A DNA stretch of 64,000 bases from contig OZ219926.1 of assembly GCA_964291405.2 (NCBI GenBank), positions 2,208,001 to 2,272,000 on the forward strand, read 5' to 3'. This DNA is from Thermodesulfobacteriota bacterium. GTDB taxonomy: Bacteria > Desulfobacterota > Binatia > Bin18. Below the pieces are notes generated by a model that was not told the origin of the DNA, did not search any database, and was given only the letters and a program-made list of their open reading frames with translations. This document shows positions 19,457-29,800 of this stretch, piece by piece (the stretch's first letter is position 1; each line of letters starts with the position of its first letter). Position numbers and translations under genes: made by a program.

Positions 19457-21376
19457 TTAGCGTGAAGCGGGGTGTGCCCGTAAGTGCTGGTGTATTTTTT
19501 CCGCCAGGATCGGGGTAATCCCCGCGACCTGGCCCAACGCTTCGGGTGCGGCGGCGCGCACGCGCTTAAGACTGCCAAAATGCCGTAAGAGCGCTTTGCG
19601 TTTGGCCGGGCCAACGCCGCTAATCGCCTCAAGCGGCGAACTGAGACGCTCTTTGGCACGTAGGTTCCGGTGGTAGGTAATGGCAAAGCGGTGGGCCTCA
19701 TCCCTGATACGTTGCAGAAGGAAGAGCGCCGTAGCGTTGGGCTTGAGAATGACCGGATTCTTGCGACCGGGCAGAAAGACGCGCTCGGAGGAATGAGCGA
19801 CTTCTTCGGCAAACGGGTCCCGCTCGGTCCGCATCTTGGCCAGACCAATGACATCCACCTCAGTAATTCCCAACTCTCGCAGCACAGTGACTGCGACGCC
19901 GAGTTGGCCTTTGCCGCCATCCACCATGAGAAGGTCCGGCAGGTCATGTTCCGCCAAGGCGCGCTGATAGCGGCGGGTGAGGACTTCATACATCATGCCG
20001 AAATCATCCGCTCCCTCGACGGTTTTGATGCGAAACCGGCGGTAGCGGTTCCTATCCGGCTCGCACTCGTCAAAGACAACCATGGAACCAACGGAGAGAT
20101 TGCCCTGGGTATTCGAGATATCGAAACACTCAATCCGTTTTGGCGCGTTTTGCAGATGCAGCGCACGGCGGAGGTTCCCCAGGGTTTTCTCCTTATGTTC
20201 TTCTCCCCGCCGCTTTTCGACAAAGCTGTGACGCGCGTTTTCCTGAGCCATTTCCACCAGTCGCAGTTTGGCTCCGCGCTGCGGACAGAGCAGGCTGATC
20301 TTTTTCCCTTTCCGTTCCGAGAGGAGTTCCGCCCGGATGTCGGCATCGTCAAGTGCAACGGGGACAAGAATCTCGTCGGGGATAAATCGGCCGCTCTGGT
20401 AGAATTGGCTCAGGAATTCAGCCACGACCTCCACGTCGGGAAACTCATTATCGGTAAAGCTATAGGCCAGATTGCCAACCAGTTTCCCGCCGCGTACAAA
20501 CAGGACCTGTCCTTCGATCAGCCCGCCTTCGCGGTACAGGCCGAACACGTCCTGGTCGTTCCCCAGGGGGGTGGCGACCTGCTGCTTTTCCGCGGTTTTT
20601 GTCATGGCCTGGATTTGATCCCGTAGCCGGGCGGCTTCTTCAAAACGCAACGCGTCGGCGGCCTGGTTCATCTGCCGGGTGAGGCGATCTATCAGTTGGG
20701 TGCTTTTGCCTTCGAGCAGCAGCAGGGCATTTTTCAGTTGGTGCTGATAGTCTTCGGGATCAACCGGCAGGGTACAAGGACCGAGGCAGCGCTTGATCTG
20801 GTATTCCAGACACGGCCTGGTGCGGTTGCGAAAGACAGTGTCGGTACAGGTTCGCAGGGGAAAGACTCTGCGAATGATTTCCAAGGTCTCCTGGACTGCC
20901 GTGCTGGAGTGAAACGGTCCCAGATATTTACTGCCGTCCTTCGCAATCTGGCGGGTCAGGAGGAGACGGGGCCACTGGTCGTGCTGGGTGACCTTCACGT
21001 GCCAATAGGAGGTATTGTCCTTGAGCCGGATATTATACCGAGGCCGGAATTGCTTGATCAGGGTGTCTTCGAGCAGCAGGGCTTCTTTTTCGGTTTGGGT
21101 AACAATAACCTCAACATCGGTCAGTTGGGCGAGGAGAAAACGGATTTGTGCACGACCGTCCCCGCCACGGGCGTATTGTCTGACCCTGGCGCGCAGATTG
21201 TTCGCTTTCCCGACGTAGATGACGGTGCCGGTGTGATCCGTGAACTTATAGACGCCGGGACTGGTTGGCAGGGTTGTCAGCTTGGCTTCGAGTTCGGCGT
21301 TACGGGAGAAAGAGGAAACGTGTCCGGCTTTTTTGTCTGGTTGGAGGACAGGTTTCCTCTTTACGGCACTCGCCAC
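19457..21376 (-). CDS. uvrC: Excinuclease ABC subunit C
   Basis: PGVY..IYVGKA, RIECFDIS, DGGKGQ, RIRDEAHRFA, HhH; probable GTG start 21376 after GAGGA. Confidence 0.96.
   Translation of the reverse strand: MASAVKRKPVLQPDKKAGHVSSFSRNAELEAKLTTLPTSPGVYKFTDHTGTVIYVGKANNLRARVRQYARGGDGRAQIRFLLAQLTDVEVIVTQTEKEALLLEDTLIKQFRPRYNIRLKDNTSYWHVKVTQHDQWPRLLLTRQIAKDGSKYLGPFHSSTAVQETLEIIRRVFPLRTCTDTVFRNRTRPCLEYQIKRCLGPCTLPVDPEDYQHQLKNALLLLEGKSTQLIDRLTRQMNQAADALRFEEAARLRDQIQAMTKTAEKQQVATPLGNDQDVFGLYREGGLIEGQVLFVRGGKLVGNLAYSFTDNEFPDVEVVAEFLSQFYQSGRFIPDEILVPVALDDADIRAELLSERKGKKISLLCPQRGAKLRLVEMAQENARHSFVEKRRGEEHKEKTLGNLRRALHLQNAPKRIECFDISNTQGNLSVGSMVVFDECEPDRNRYRRFRIKTVEGADDFGMMYEVLTRRYQRALAEHDLPDLLMVDGGKGQLGVAVTVLRELGITEVDVIGLAKMRTERDPFAEEVAHSSERVFLPGRKNPVILKPNATALFLLQRIRDEAHRFAITYHRNLRAKERLSSPLEAISGVGPAKRKALLRHFGSLKRVRAAAPEALGQVAGITPILAEKIHQHLRAHPASR
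21309..21362. repeat. 54-bp palindromic element, copy 4, in frame in uvrC N-terminus
   Basis: Encodes KRKPVLQPDKKAGHVSSF. Confidence 0.85.
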
Positions 21377-21386
21377 ACAAATCCTC

Positions 21387-21417
21387 AAAAAAGAAGGGCG
21401 ACCCCGAAGGCCGCCCT
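21387..21417 (-). terminator. Intrinsic terminator after comEA
   Basis: AGGGCGGCC-TTCG-GGGTCGCCCT then TCTTTTTT on minus strand. Confidence 0.8.
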
Positions 21418-21464
21418 GACAGCAGTGTTCAGAGGCACTGCTATTCTGTTGCAGGTTCCATCGG

Positions 21465-21806
21465 TTATTCGCTGGACCCCACGGTGATTTGCTCTTTCAG
21501 TTTCTCAAGCGTCTTCTCGCCAACGCCCTTGACGTTTTTCAGATCATCTACAGTCGCAAACGGACCATTGGCTTCGCGATGGGCGATAATGGCCGCGGCT
21601 TTTGTTTCACCGATACCGGGCAGGGTCTGCAAGGCAGCCGCGTCCGCCGTGTTGATATCAATCGGCCCGGCAGCCTCAGGCATCTGCTCCTCAGCGGCTT
21701 CAGCCGTCTCCTCAGCCGCCTCGTGATGATCCGCCCAGACGGGCGTCCCCATAAAACAGCCGACCGCAAAAACTCCAAGCGCCAACCAGAGAAATCTCTG
21801 TTTCAT
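21465..21806 (-). CDS. comEA: ComEA-family HhH DNA-binding protein
   Basis: Signal peptide; IDINTADAAALQTLPGIGETKAAAII..REANGPF...VKGVGEK. Confidence 0.92.
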   Translation of the reverse strand: MKQRFLWLALGVFAVGCFMGTPVWADHHEAAEETAEAAEEQMPEAAGPIDINTADAAALQTLPGIGETKAAAIIAHREANGPFATVDDLKNVKGVGEKTLEKLKEQITVGSSE

Positions 21807-21978
21807 GCTTCCTCCGTACAAGAATAGGATAAGAAAACACACTAGGTCTGCAATCAATATCTGTCAATACGTCATCAAGGAGGACCCCGGTCGCGTTGAC
21901 CGAGCAGGGGAAACCCGTTAGATGAAGGGCTGATATACTACAGCTACCGATCTGCTTACAGAAGGAGAACCGTTCAGC

Positions 21979-23349
21979 ATGGCGACGATGATCACCGATG
22001 ACTGTATCAACTGCGGAGCGTGTGAGCCCGAATGTCCCAATACCGCCATCTATCAGGGAGGCGTGGAGTGGGACTTTAACGGCGCCACGAATCCGGCTAT
22101 CGATGACGACATCTTCTATATCGTGCCGGATAAATGTACGGAGTGTGTGGGCTTTTTCGATGAGGAAGCGTGTGCGGCCGTGTGTCCGGTCGACTGCTGC
22201 CTGCCCAACCCGGACATTGTCGAGACCGAAGAGGTGTTACTGGCGCGGGCCAAGGAGTTACATCCCGAGCAGACGTTTGGGGAGGACTTCCCCTCTCGCT
22301 TCAAAGGGGAAGGAGGAGAATCCACTCCGGCTGAAGCCGAGGCCCCGGCGGCGAATGGCGCAGCGGCACCAGCGGCCGCAGCGGCACCAGCCGCAGCTCC
22401 TGCCGCGGTGGCACCCGTCGCCGTAGCGCCAGCAGTGACGGCACCGACACCCAAGCCGGTTGCGCCCAAAAAGGTTGTCGAGGAAAAGGTCTTTGAAGGT
22501 GAACTGGCCGGTACGTACGCCCAGGCCCTGGCCCGCGTCCAGCAGGCGCAAAACCATTCAATTCTGGGGACGCTCCTTGCCTCGGCTCAGCCCATCCTTG
22601 GCGCGCTGCCGCTCTCAACTAAGCGCGCCCTGGAGCAAGCTATTGGGGATACGCGCTATTTTCATGTCGGGACGGCAACCAGCCTGAATATCCTTTTCAA
22701 TATGGTCCTGTATCCGATTATTCTCCTGGCCGTTTATAGCGCTGTTTTAGGAGGAGAACTCTTCAGTCAGGCGGCGAATAAATTTATCTTTCTGGGCGTA
22801 CTCATTGCCTCGGTCGAAACCTTAATCCGCCTGCGCGAGTCTTTCTTTCAGGGCGTTCCAACCGAAGAAACTCCGCTGCGTGGGACCTTCTATGGCCTCC
22901 CCCTTGCTCCGGCGATGGCCCCTTTTCTCGGTATCTCCGGCGGACGGACGCCTGATAAGGGCGACCAGCCGATTGAGGGCTATTATACACCGGAATTTGA
23001 TGAAAAGACCGAACGTTCGCGCCGTTACGGCGAACGATACACGGTCGAAGAACAGGGCAATGCCTATATCCTGCGCATGGAATTCCCGCGTCGGGTCCCG
23101 GTTTCCGCTGCTAAGCGGGAAATGGGGATTGGCGATGAAATGCCTGACTACGAGTATACGCTCTCTCTGAAGGACGGCAATTTTCTTGTCCGCGGCAGTG
23201 TCGATGACCCTGATATCCGTAAACTTGCCGCGGTATCGTCCGCGTTTCCCCCTGACTTTAATAAACGCATTGATGTGAGGGGAACCATATCGAGTTTCAA
23301 GCATCGCTATAGCGATAAGACGCTCGAAGTTGTGCTGTTCAAGCGCTAG
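21979..23349 (+). CDS. YfhL-like 2[4Fe-4S] ferredoxin fused to membrane and C-terminal Hsp20-like domains
   Basis: CINCGACEPECP and CTECVG..CAAVCP; Ala/Pro linker; TM helices; C-terminal alpha-crystallin-like pattern. Confidence 0.85.
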   Translation: MATMITDDCINCGACEPECPNTAIYQGGVEWDFNGATNPAIDDDIFYIVPDKCTECVGFFDEEACAAVCPVDCCLPNPDIVETEEVLLARAKELHPEQTFGEDFPSRFKGEGGESTPAEAEAPAANGAAAPAAAAAPAAAPAAVAPVAVAPAVTAPTPKPVAPKKVVEEKVFEGELAGTYAQALARVQQAQNHSILGTLLASAQPILGALPLSTKRALEQAIGDTRYFHVGTATSLNILFNMVLYPIILLAVYSAVLGGELFSQAANKFIFLGVLIASVETLIRLRESFFQGVPTEETPLRGTFYGLPLAPAMAPFLGISGGRTPDKGDQPIEGYYTPEFDEKTERSRRYGERYTVEEQGNAYILRMEFPRRVPVSAAKREMGIGDEMPDYEYTLSLKDGNFLVRGSVDDPDIRKLAAVSSAFPPDFNKRIDVRGTISSFKHRYSDKTLEVVLFKR

Positions 23350-23533
23350 GGCTCTTCCAGAGCGATACGAGCAGGAGCGCGCAGAGGAGCCTCTTCTCTC
23401 AGAGATAGGTGGAGAGGTGTTGCTCCGCCGTACCCGTCACTACCCGCTTCCCAGACAGCGCCCCTGCTTATGGGGAAGGACGCCTCGTCGGACAATGCTT
23501 GCAAAAACCCGACTCGCCCCATAAGCAGTAAGT

Positions 23534-26500
23534 ATGTCTCAAAAGCGAGTATTTCTCTCCGACTCGCTTGCCGTCCTGCAAGAGGCGCTCATTGCCGCTG
23601 TCCATACGCTGAAGGCGGCCGATCCACTGACCTCACTCACGATTATTGTTCCCAGTGATATCATCGGATCACAGCTCAGCACCGCAATTGCCAGGGCGGG
23701 TGACGGGCATATCGGCCTGCGGTTTACGACACTGATCGACTATGCTGCACGCCTGACCGAAGCGCGACTGAGACGGGAGGAGAAACATCGCGTCTCAGCC
23801 GCGCTGGTTCCGCTTCTCGTAAAACATCTCTTGCTGGAACAAGCCCAGACCGGAAAGAGTAAACGTGTCCTCCAACAACATGTAGATGCTGGACATGTTT
23901 ACTCTTTATTTCGGGAACTCGCCCGGCAGCCGCGGTTTCCCCAGTTCTTGAGCGAGACGCTGTCAGACCTCAAGCAGGCGGGGGTCCAGCCCCACCATCT
24001 GCACGTATTGTATACCCGGATTCCTTCGCGGGACGTATTATATCGAGAGAAAATACGTCATTTGCTGGACCTCTACACGCGATATGAAGCATGTTTGGAC
24101 GAACAGCGGCTCGTTGATGACGCCAGTTTGTTCACCATCCAGGCCCCAACGGCAATGAGTAACGGGCCGCTGCTTGTGTACAGCGGCCTTGAGTATACCG
24201 CCCAACAGCAGCATTTTTTGGAAACGCTTTTCGCGCAGAGGGATACTCTGGTCTTTCTTCCCTGGCGGCCCGGTTCAGCCTACGAAGCCGTGACCCCCAC
24301 ATTGAGCTGGCTCAGCGGGCTCGGCTTTCAGTCATCTTCGTTAGCCCGTCCACAGGTCTCATCCTGTTCACTCTCTCAGGTCCAGACTCGGCTTTTTGAA
24401 CGCACCGGGGAGCCGCCCCAGCGGCCGGTCTCAACACTCCCGGATACCTCTCTTCACATCATTTCCGCCCCAGATCAAACCCAGGAGGCGCGTGAAATTG
24501 CGCGCACGATCTTTTCACTGGTTCGGGAGCAGGACTATATCTTTGACGAGATTGGCGTGCTCCTTGTCGAGCCAAAAACATATGGTCCGCTGCTGCTTGA
24601 GACGCTCTCCCGCCTCGGGATTCCGTGTACCTTTGTTGGGGAGCAGCCCTTGCTGACCACGCGACGGGGAAAAGCCGTGCAGGCGCTATGCCACCTCTTG
24701 TTAGAAGACTGCTCACGGCAGCGTCTGTTCGCCTTTCTCAGGCTGGCTCGCCCCCCGTTTCAAGACCTGATCGGGGAAACTGTTTCAGAGGCGCATATCG
24801 CCCAGTGGGAAGCCCTGTGTCTGGAGGCCGGGATAGGACGCGGAGGCCAGGAGTGGCGCGTTCGACTCGCCGCCCTGGAAGCTCGCTACCAAAACGTACC
24901 AGAGGGACGCACCGAACAGCTCGCGCCCGCCCTCCGTTTGCTTGTCAGGTTTATGACCCGTTTTCTGGCGGATGTGAAAACGGGTCAGGACCAACAGACC
25001 TGGGAAGGCTGGCTGGCCCACTTCCTGCGTATGTATAAAAAGTATGGAGAATATGGAGATTATGTGTCCGGCGGAGTCCCGTGGAGTGACGAGGAACCGG
25101 ATCAAGAAGGTGCAGGTGAGCAGGATCTGAATATTACGGAGACTCTCCGGAGTCTCTCTCCATTCTTGGCTGAAACAACTCGCCCTGAGGAATGGGTTGA
25201 GACTGTTCTGACCTGTCTTTCCTGGGGAAAGGTTCGACCCCGAAAAACGCACACGACCGGCGTCTTTCTTGGCGATATGACCCAGGTGGCCGGTCTCCGC
25301 TTTCGGGCGGTCATCATGCCGGGCCTTGCACAGGAATCCGGGGTTCGCCTCCCCTCTCAGGACCCTATTTTGTCCGATGCCGAGCGCCAGCATCTTGCCG
25401 AAGTGCTGACCATGGACGTGCCTGTCCGCCGCCAGGCGGTTGAACGCCAACAGTTCCTTTTCCTGCTGGCGACCCAGAGTGCGCAGGAGGTGTTATGTCT
25501 GAGCTATCCACGCACTGTCCAGGGAGTAGCCCGCCCTCCTGCTACGCTCCTCTTACAGACGGTCAGTGTGCTGTGTGGCCGTCAGGCCACGCTGGCAGAC
25601 CTGCAACACCGGAGCCGGTGGGTCTCGGCGGCTGAAGGATATGCGCAGAGCACCCGGCATGCGGTGGACGCGTTGGAGTTCCACCTGGCCTATGCGTTTA
25701 CCCATGCGCATCACGTTAAACACAATGCCCCGGCGCATGCGGTCCGGCCTGGTCTACAGACGATGCCGTTCTTTGCTCCTGCCGCGCGGGCGATGGTAGA
25801 CCGTTGGGAGCATCCACACCTCACGGCCTTTGACGGCTGCATGCAAGCGGAGAGCGTCAAGAACACGCTACGTCAGTACCTCTTCCCGCAGGGCTTGTGT
25901 TTGTCCGCGAGTAGCCTGGAAACCTATGCACGCTGTCCGTTTCGGTATTTTCTGGAGACCGTGCTCGCGCTCAAGCCGTGGGAAGAGCCGGAACAGATTC
26001 TTACCCTCCTGCCGCGCGACCGTGGAGTGTTGGTACATGCCATCCTGTACGAATTTTTCTCTCGTCTCCAACAGACGGACCAATTGCCCCTGTCCGCGCA
26101 ACGGAGAGATGAAGAGCAGCAACTGCTCACCCGGATAGCAGAGGAGCATTTTGCGCTATTTGCGCAGACGCGGCCGGTCGGACTGCCCCTGCTCTGGGAG
26201 CTTGAGCGTGAACGCCTGCTGCGGCGTTTGCACACCTTTCTCCAGCGCGAGCGCCGGGCAACGCACGGTTTTTGTCCAGCGGCATTTGAGGTATTTTTTG
26301 GCATCGGGATAAAGAGCTCAGAGTCGGAGGATAGGGAATCGGAGCGAACCCCTATCCCCCAATTCCTCACCCCCAATATTCCCGTTCCCTTTCGCCTTGA
26401 TACGGGGGAAGAGGTCCAGCTTCGAGGCCGGATTGACCGGATTGATGTTTCGACGGAACACATTGACCTTGTACAACCCAGGCAGGCACGCATTCTTGAC

Positions 26501-26878
26501 TATAAGACGGGCCGGACACCAGCCCAGGGTTTTGCGGGTGGAACCACGCTCCAACTGGTCCTCTATCTCTATGCCGCCCAGCATCTCCGCCCGGACCTGG
26601 ACTGGGTCGGGGCGGAGTACACGAGCGTGGACGGAACTGCTCAGCCCGACAAAAAGTCCCTGACGACGGAGACCCAAGCGGCGACGCTCGGAACCTTACG
26701 GACTATCGTCACCCGCCTGGCCGAGGGCATCACTGCTGGACTGTTCTTTCCTGCTCCGGATGCCTGCCAATCCTGTGCGTTTCCTGAAATCTGCTCTATG
26801 CACGGCGCTGAGTGGGCGACACAGAAACTCCAGGATCCCCACACAACGGCATGGCGCTGGGTACGGTCACAGGCATGA
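23534..26878 (+). CDS. AddB-like PD-(D/E)XK nuclease subunit
   Basis: LSASSLETYARCPF, LRGRIDRID..ILDYKTG, QL.LY, CQSCAFPEIC Fe-S ligands. Confidence 0.85.
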   Translation: MSQKRVFLSDSLAVLQEALIAAVHTLKAADPLTSLTIIVPSDIIGSQLSTAIARAGDGHIGLRFTTLIDYAARLTEARLRREEKHRVSAALVPLLVKHLLLEQAQTGKSKRVLQQHVDAGHVYSLFRELARQPRFPQFLSETLSDLKQAGVQPHHLHVLYTRIPSRDVLYREKIRHLLDLYTRYEACLDEQRLVDDASLFTIQAPTAMSNGPLLVYSGLEYTAQQQHFLETLFAQRDTLVFLPWRPGSAYEAVTPTLSWLSGLGFQSSSLARPQVSSCSLSQVQTRLFERTGEPPQRPVSTLPDTSLHIISAPDQTQEAREIARTIFSLVREQDYIFDEIGVLLVEPKTYGPLLLETLSRLGIPCTFVGEQPLLTTRRGKAVQALCHLLLEDCSRQRLFAFLRLARPPFQDLIGETVSEAHIAQWEALCLEAGIGRGGQEWRVRLAALEARYQNVPEGRTEQLAPALRLLVRFMTRFLADVKTGQDQQTWEGWLAHFLRMYKKYGEYGDYVSGGVPWSDEEPDQEGAGEQDLNITETLRSLSPFLAETTRPEEWVETVLTCLSWGKVRPRKTHTTGVFLGDMTQVAGLRFRAVIMPGLAQESGVRLPSQDPILSDAERQHLAEVLTMDVPVRRQAVERQQFLFLLATQSAQEVLCLSYPRTVQGVARPPATLLLQTVSVLCGRQATLADLQHRSRWVSAAEGYAQSTRHAVDALEFHLAYAFTHAHHVKHNAPAHAVRPGLQTMPFFAPAARAMVDRWEHPHLTAFDGCMQAESVKNTLRQYLFPQGLCLSASSLETYARCPFRYFLETVLALKPWEEPEQILTLLPRDRGVLVHAILYEFFSRLQQTDQLPLSAQRRDEEQQLLTRIAEEHFALFAQTRPVGLPLLWELERERLLRRLHTFLQRERRATHGFCPAAFEVFFGIGIKSSESEDRESERTPIPQFLTPNIPVPFRLDTGEEVQLRGRIDRIDVSTEHIDLVQPRQARILDYKTGRTPAQGFAGGTTLQLVLYLYAAQHLRPDLDWVGAEYTSVDGTAQPDKKSLTTETQAATLGTLRTIVTRLAEGITAGLFFPAPDACQSCAFPEICSMHGAEWATQKLQDPHTTAWRWVRSQA
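23854..23907. repeat. 54-bp palindromic element, copy 5, in frame inside the AddB-like gene
   Basis: Encodes KSKRVLQQHVDAGHVYSL. Confidence 0.9.
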
Positions 26879-29800
26879 CCCAAGCTCCCCTTTCGGACGA
26901 CGGCGCTCAGCAACGTATCGTCTCGGATTTTCAGACCACGTTTTTACTGGAAGCCGGAGCGGGAACGGGCAAGACGCAACTCTTACTGAATCGTTTGCTG
27001 GCCCTGCTGCGAACCGGCCGGAGTCCGCTGAGCCGGGTCGCGGTTATCACCTTTACGGATAAAGCCGCGGCTGAGCTTCGGACGCGGCTCCGCGCAGCGG
27101 TTGAGTCCGCACTCCAAACGGCCCTGCCTGAGGCAGAGCGCGCGGCCTTACAGGCGGTGCTGTCTGAGCTTGACCGGGCGATGGTGATGACCATCCACGC
27201 GTTCTGCGCGACCTTGTTGCGCGAACGAGCGCTGGAGGTCGGGCTGGACCCGGCTTTTACGGTCTTAAATCAGGCCGAGGCGGGCCTGCTGCACGACCAG
27301 GTCTGGCAGACCTGGCTCGCCCAAGAGCTGCAATCTGGGACTGACAGCGCGACCCTGATACGCCAGGCGTTTCGCGCCGGTCTCTCAGTGACCCATCTCA
27401 AGGCCCTGTGCGATTTTTTGGTCGAACAGCGCGACTGCCTGGACTGGCTACCCGCAGCAGTCGATAGCGATGTCCCGGCATACTGTACCGAGAGCCATCA
27501 GGCCGTCGCCCGGCTGACGGCGCTACAGGACTGTTGTCACGACACCACAGACTCGGCGTTCGAGCAGATCACGACTCTGACCGACAGCGTCCCAACAGCC
27601 TTCTATCAGGACAATGCGGAGGCCTGGGAGCACTTTCTGTTACACCGCCTGACAGTACAGCCTCGAAAGGGGAGACGGACGAACTGGCAACCGACCGCGG
27701 CGCTCAACGAAGTACGGACGCTGCTCGCGCAGCTCAAGGCCCTTCATCTCAAGACCCGAGCCGCCTGGCTGCATAATCTGACGGTGGGCCTGGCCGGTTG
27801 GCTGGGCGGCTATCTGCGCGCCTATCAGGCCAAGAAACAACACCAGGGCAGCCTCGATTTTCTGGACCTGCTGGTGCTGATGCGCGACGGACTCAGGCAT
27901 AACCACGAACTGCGGCGCTATTTTCAACGCAAATTCGACTTCCTGCTGGTTGATGAAGTCCAGGACACCGATCCCTTACAAGCCGAAATTCTGTTCTTCC
28001 TGGCCGAGGATCAACCGCGGGCGGAGCGCTGGACACAGGTTGCCCTCCGCGCCGGGAAACTGTTTCTGGTCGGCGATCCCCAACAATCCATTTATCGCTT
28101 TCGGCGGGCTGACCTTGAAGTCTATCACCTGCTTCGCTCGGCGGTTGAACGCCAGGGGAGCGTTCTCAACCTCTCGACAAATTTCCGGATGCGAGCTGCC
28201 CTGGTGACACAGATGAATACCCTCTTTTCACGGGTGCTGGACAATGAGGACGACCCGGACCAACCTCGGTATCTGCCCTTGCGCGCGGTGAGCAGTGATG
28301 GGGACGAAGACGGGCTGACGTTTTTGCTCTTGGATCTGCCTCACGCAGCGCCACACGAACAGGGTGCGCTCGAAGCGCGCTGCACAGCACAGTTTATTCG
28401 TCACAGCGTTGAGCAGCAGACGCTGGCAACACAAGCAGATCGGCCTCTGAGGTATGGCGATATCGCTATCCTGTGCCGAACGAATCGAGGCGTAGAGCTG
28501 TATGAACGAGCCCTACGGGATGCCGGCGTCCCGTACCGAAGCACGGGCGGGCGGCGGGTTGCGGCAAGTCAGGAACGGACCGATATACAGGCGTGTGTGC
28601 GGACGTTGCTTCATCCCGCGGACGCTACGGCCCTGGTGGCGACCTTGCGCTCGTCACTCTTTGGCTTTTCAGACGAAGAGCTGGCGCAATTTCGCTGTGC
28701 CGGCGGGACATTCGACTATCTCGGTGGCAGGATCCCAGGACAGCTTCCCTGTGCCGACCGGCTGCATGCCGCTTTTGCGGTGCTGCGTACCCTACACCAG
28801 AGTCTGTCCCGTACTGTGCAGAGTGCTCAGAGTGTCGGGGCCGGGCTCTCTATTCTACTCACCGAGATATATAGCCACACCCCCTTACTCCCGCTGTTTG
28901 CCTGCCGCCCCCACGGACAGCAGCGGCTCCACAAGATGCTTCAACGTGTTGAGGCGCTACGCGATATGTCCGGCCAATACGGAGCTGCGCAGGATTTCTC
29001 CCCGGACTTTTTCGACCGTCTGCTCGCCTCTGCGCTAGATGAATACGAGGAAGGGCAGACCGAGCAAGCGAGCGCTCTTGATGAGCCGCAAGACGCGCTC
29101 CACGTCCTGACAATTCACAAAGCCAAAGGACTGGAATTCCCACTTGTCGTGGTGGCGGAGTCCGGAGCGCCGTCCAACCGGTTGACCCGTCCCGGCCTAG
29201 TGAGACGCAAAGATAATCGTCTTGAACTCCACCTTGGTCCGCGCTCCCTCCAGTGTTGCACACTCGGCTGGCAGGAGGCTGAGGCCCGAGAACGCCAGCA
29301 GGAAGCTGCCGAGGAGAGACGGCTCTGGTATGTGGCAGCTACGCGCGCCCGGGAATACGTCGTGTTTCCCGTACCCCCACCGTCAGAGACGAAAAAAAAG
29401 GACACCGTGCTGCATACGGTCCTGCGCGACCTCTCAGGCACAGAGCGGCAGGCTGTCCCTCAGAGCGATGCCAACCAAACGGACCAGTCTCAGGTTTCGT
29501 CCGGGCCTGACCCGACTGACTCCCAGGAAAAGTCAGCCGCTGCTGATGCTCAGCCTTCCGATATCGACTGGGTAACGGACAGACGGCGACTCATTGCCAA
29601 AGGGCGGCAAAAGCGACAAACCCGGAATATACTTCAGCGGGGAAATGCATCGCAGCAACAGGTTCAGTTGGATCGTCTTATTACGCAGACGGCCGTACAC
29701 CTGAGGCAAGACCAATCAGTGGAAGCGTCTCTCCAGGCGGCATCAGCCGCGCAGGACAACAGCGGCTATGCCTCGGACGCCCCTTTCCCCGACGACGTGC

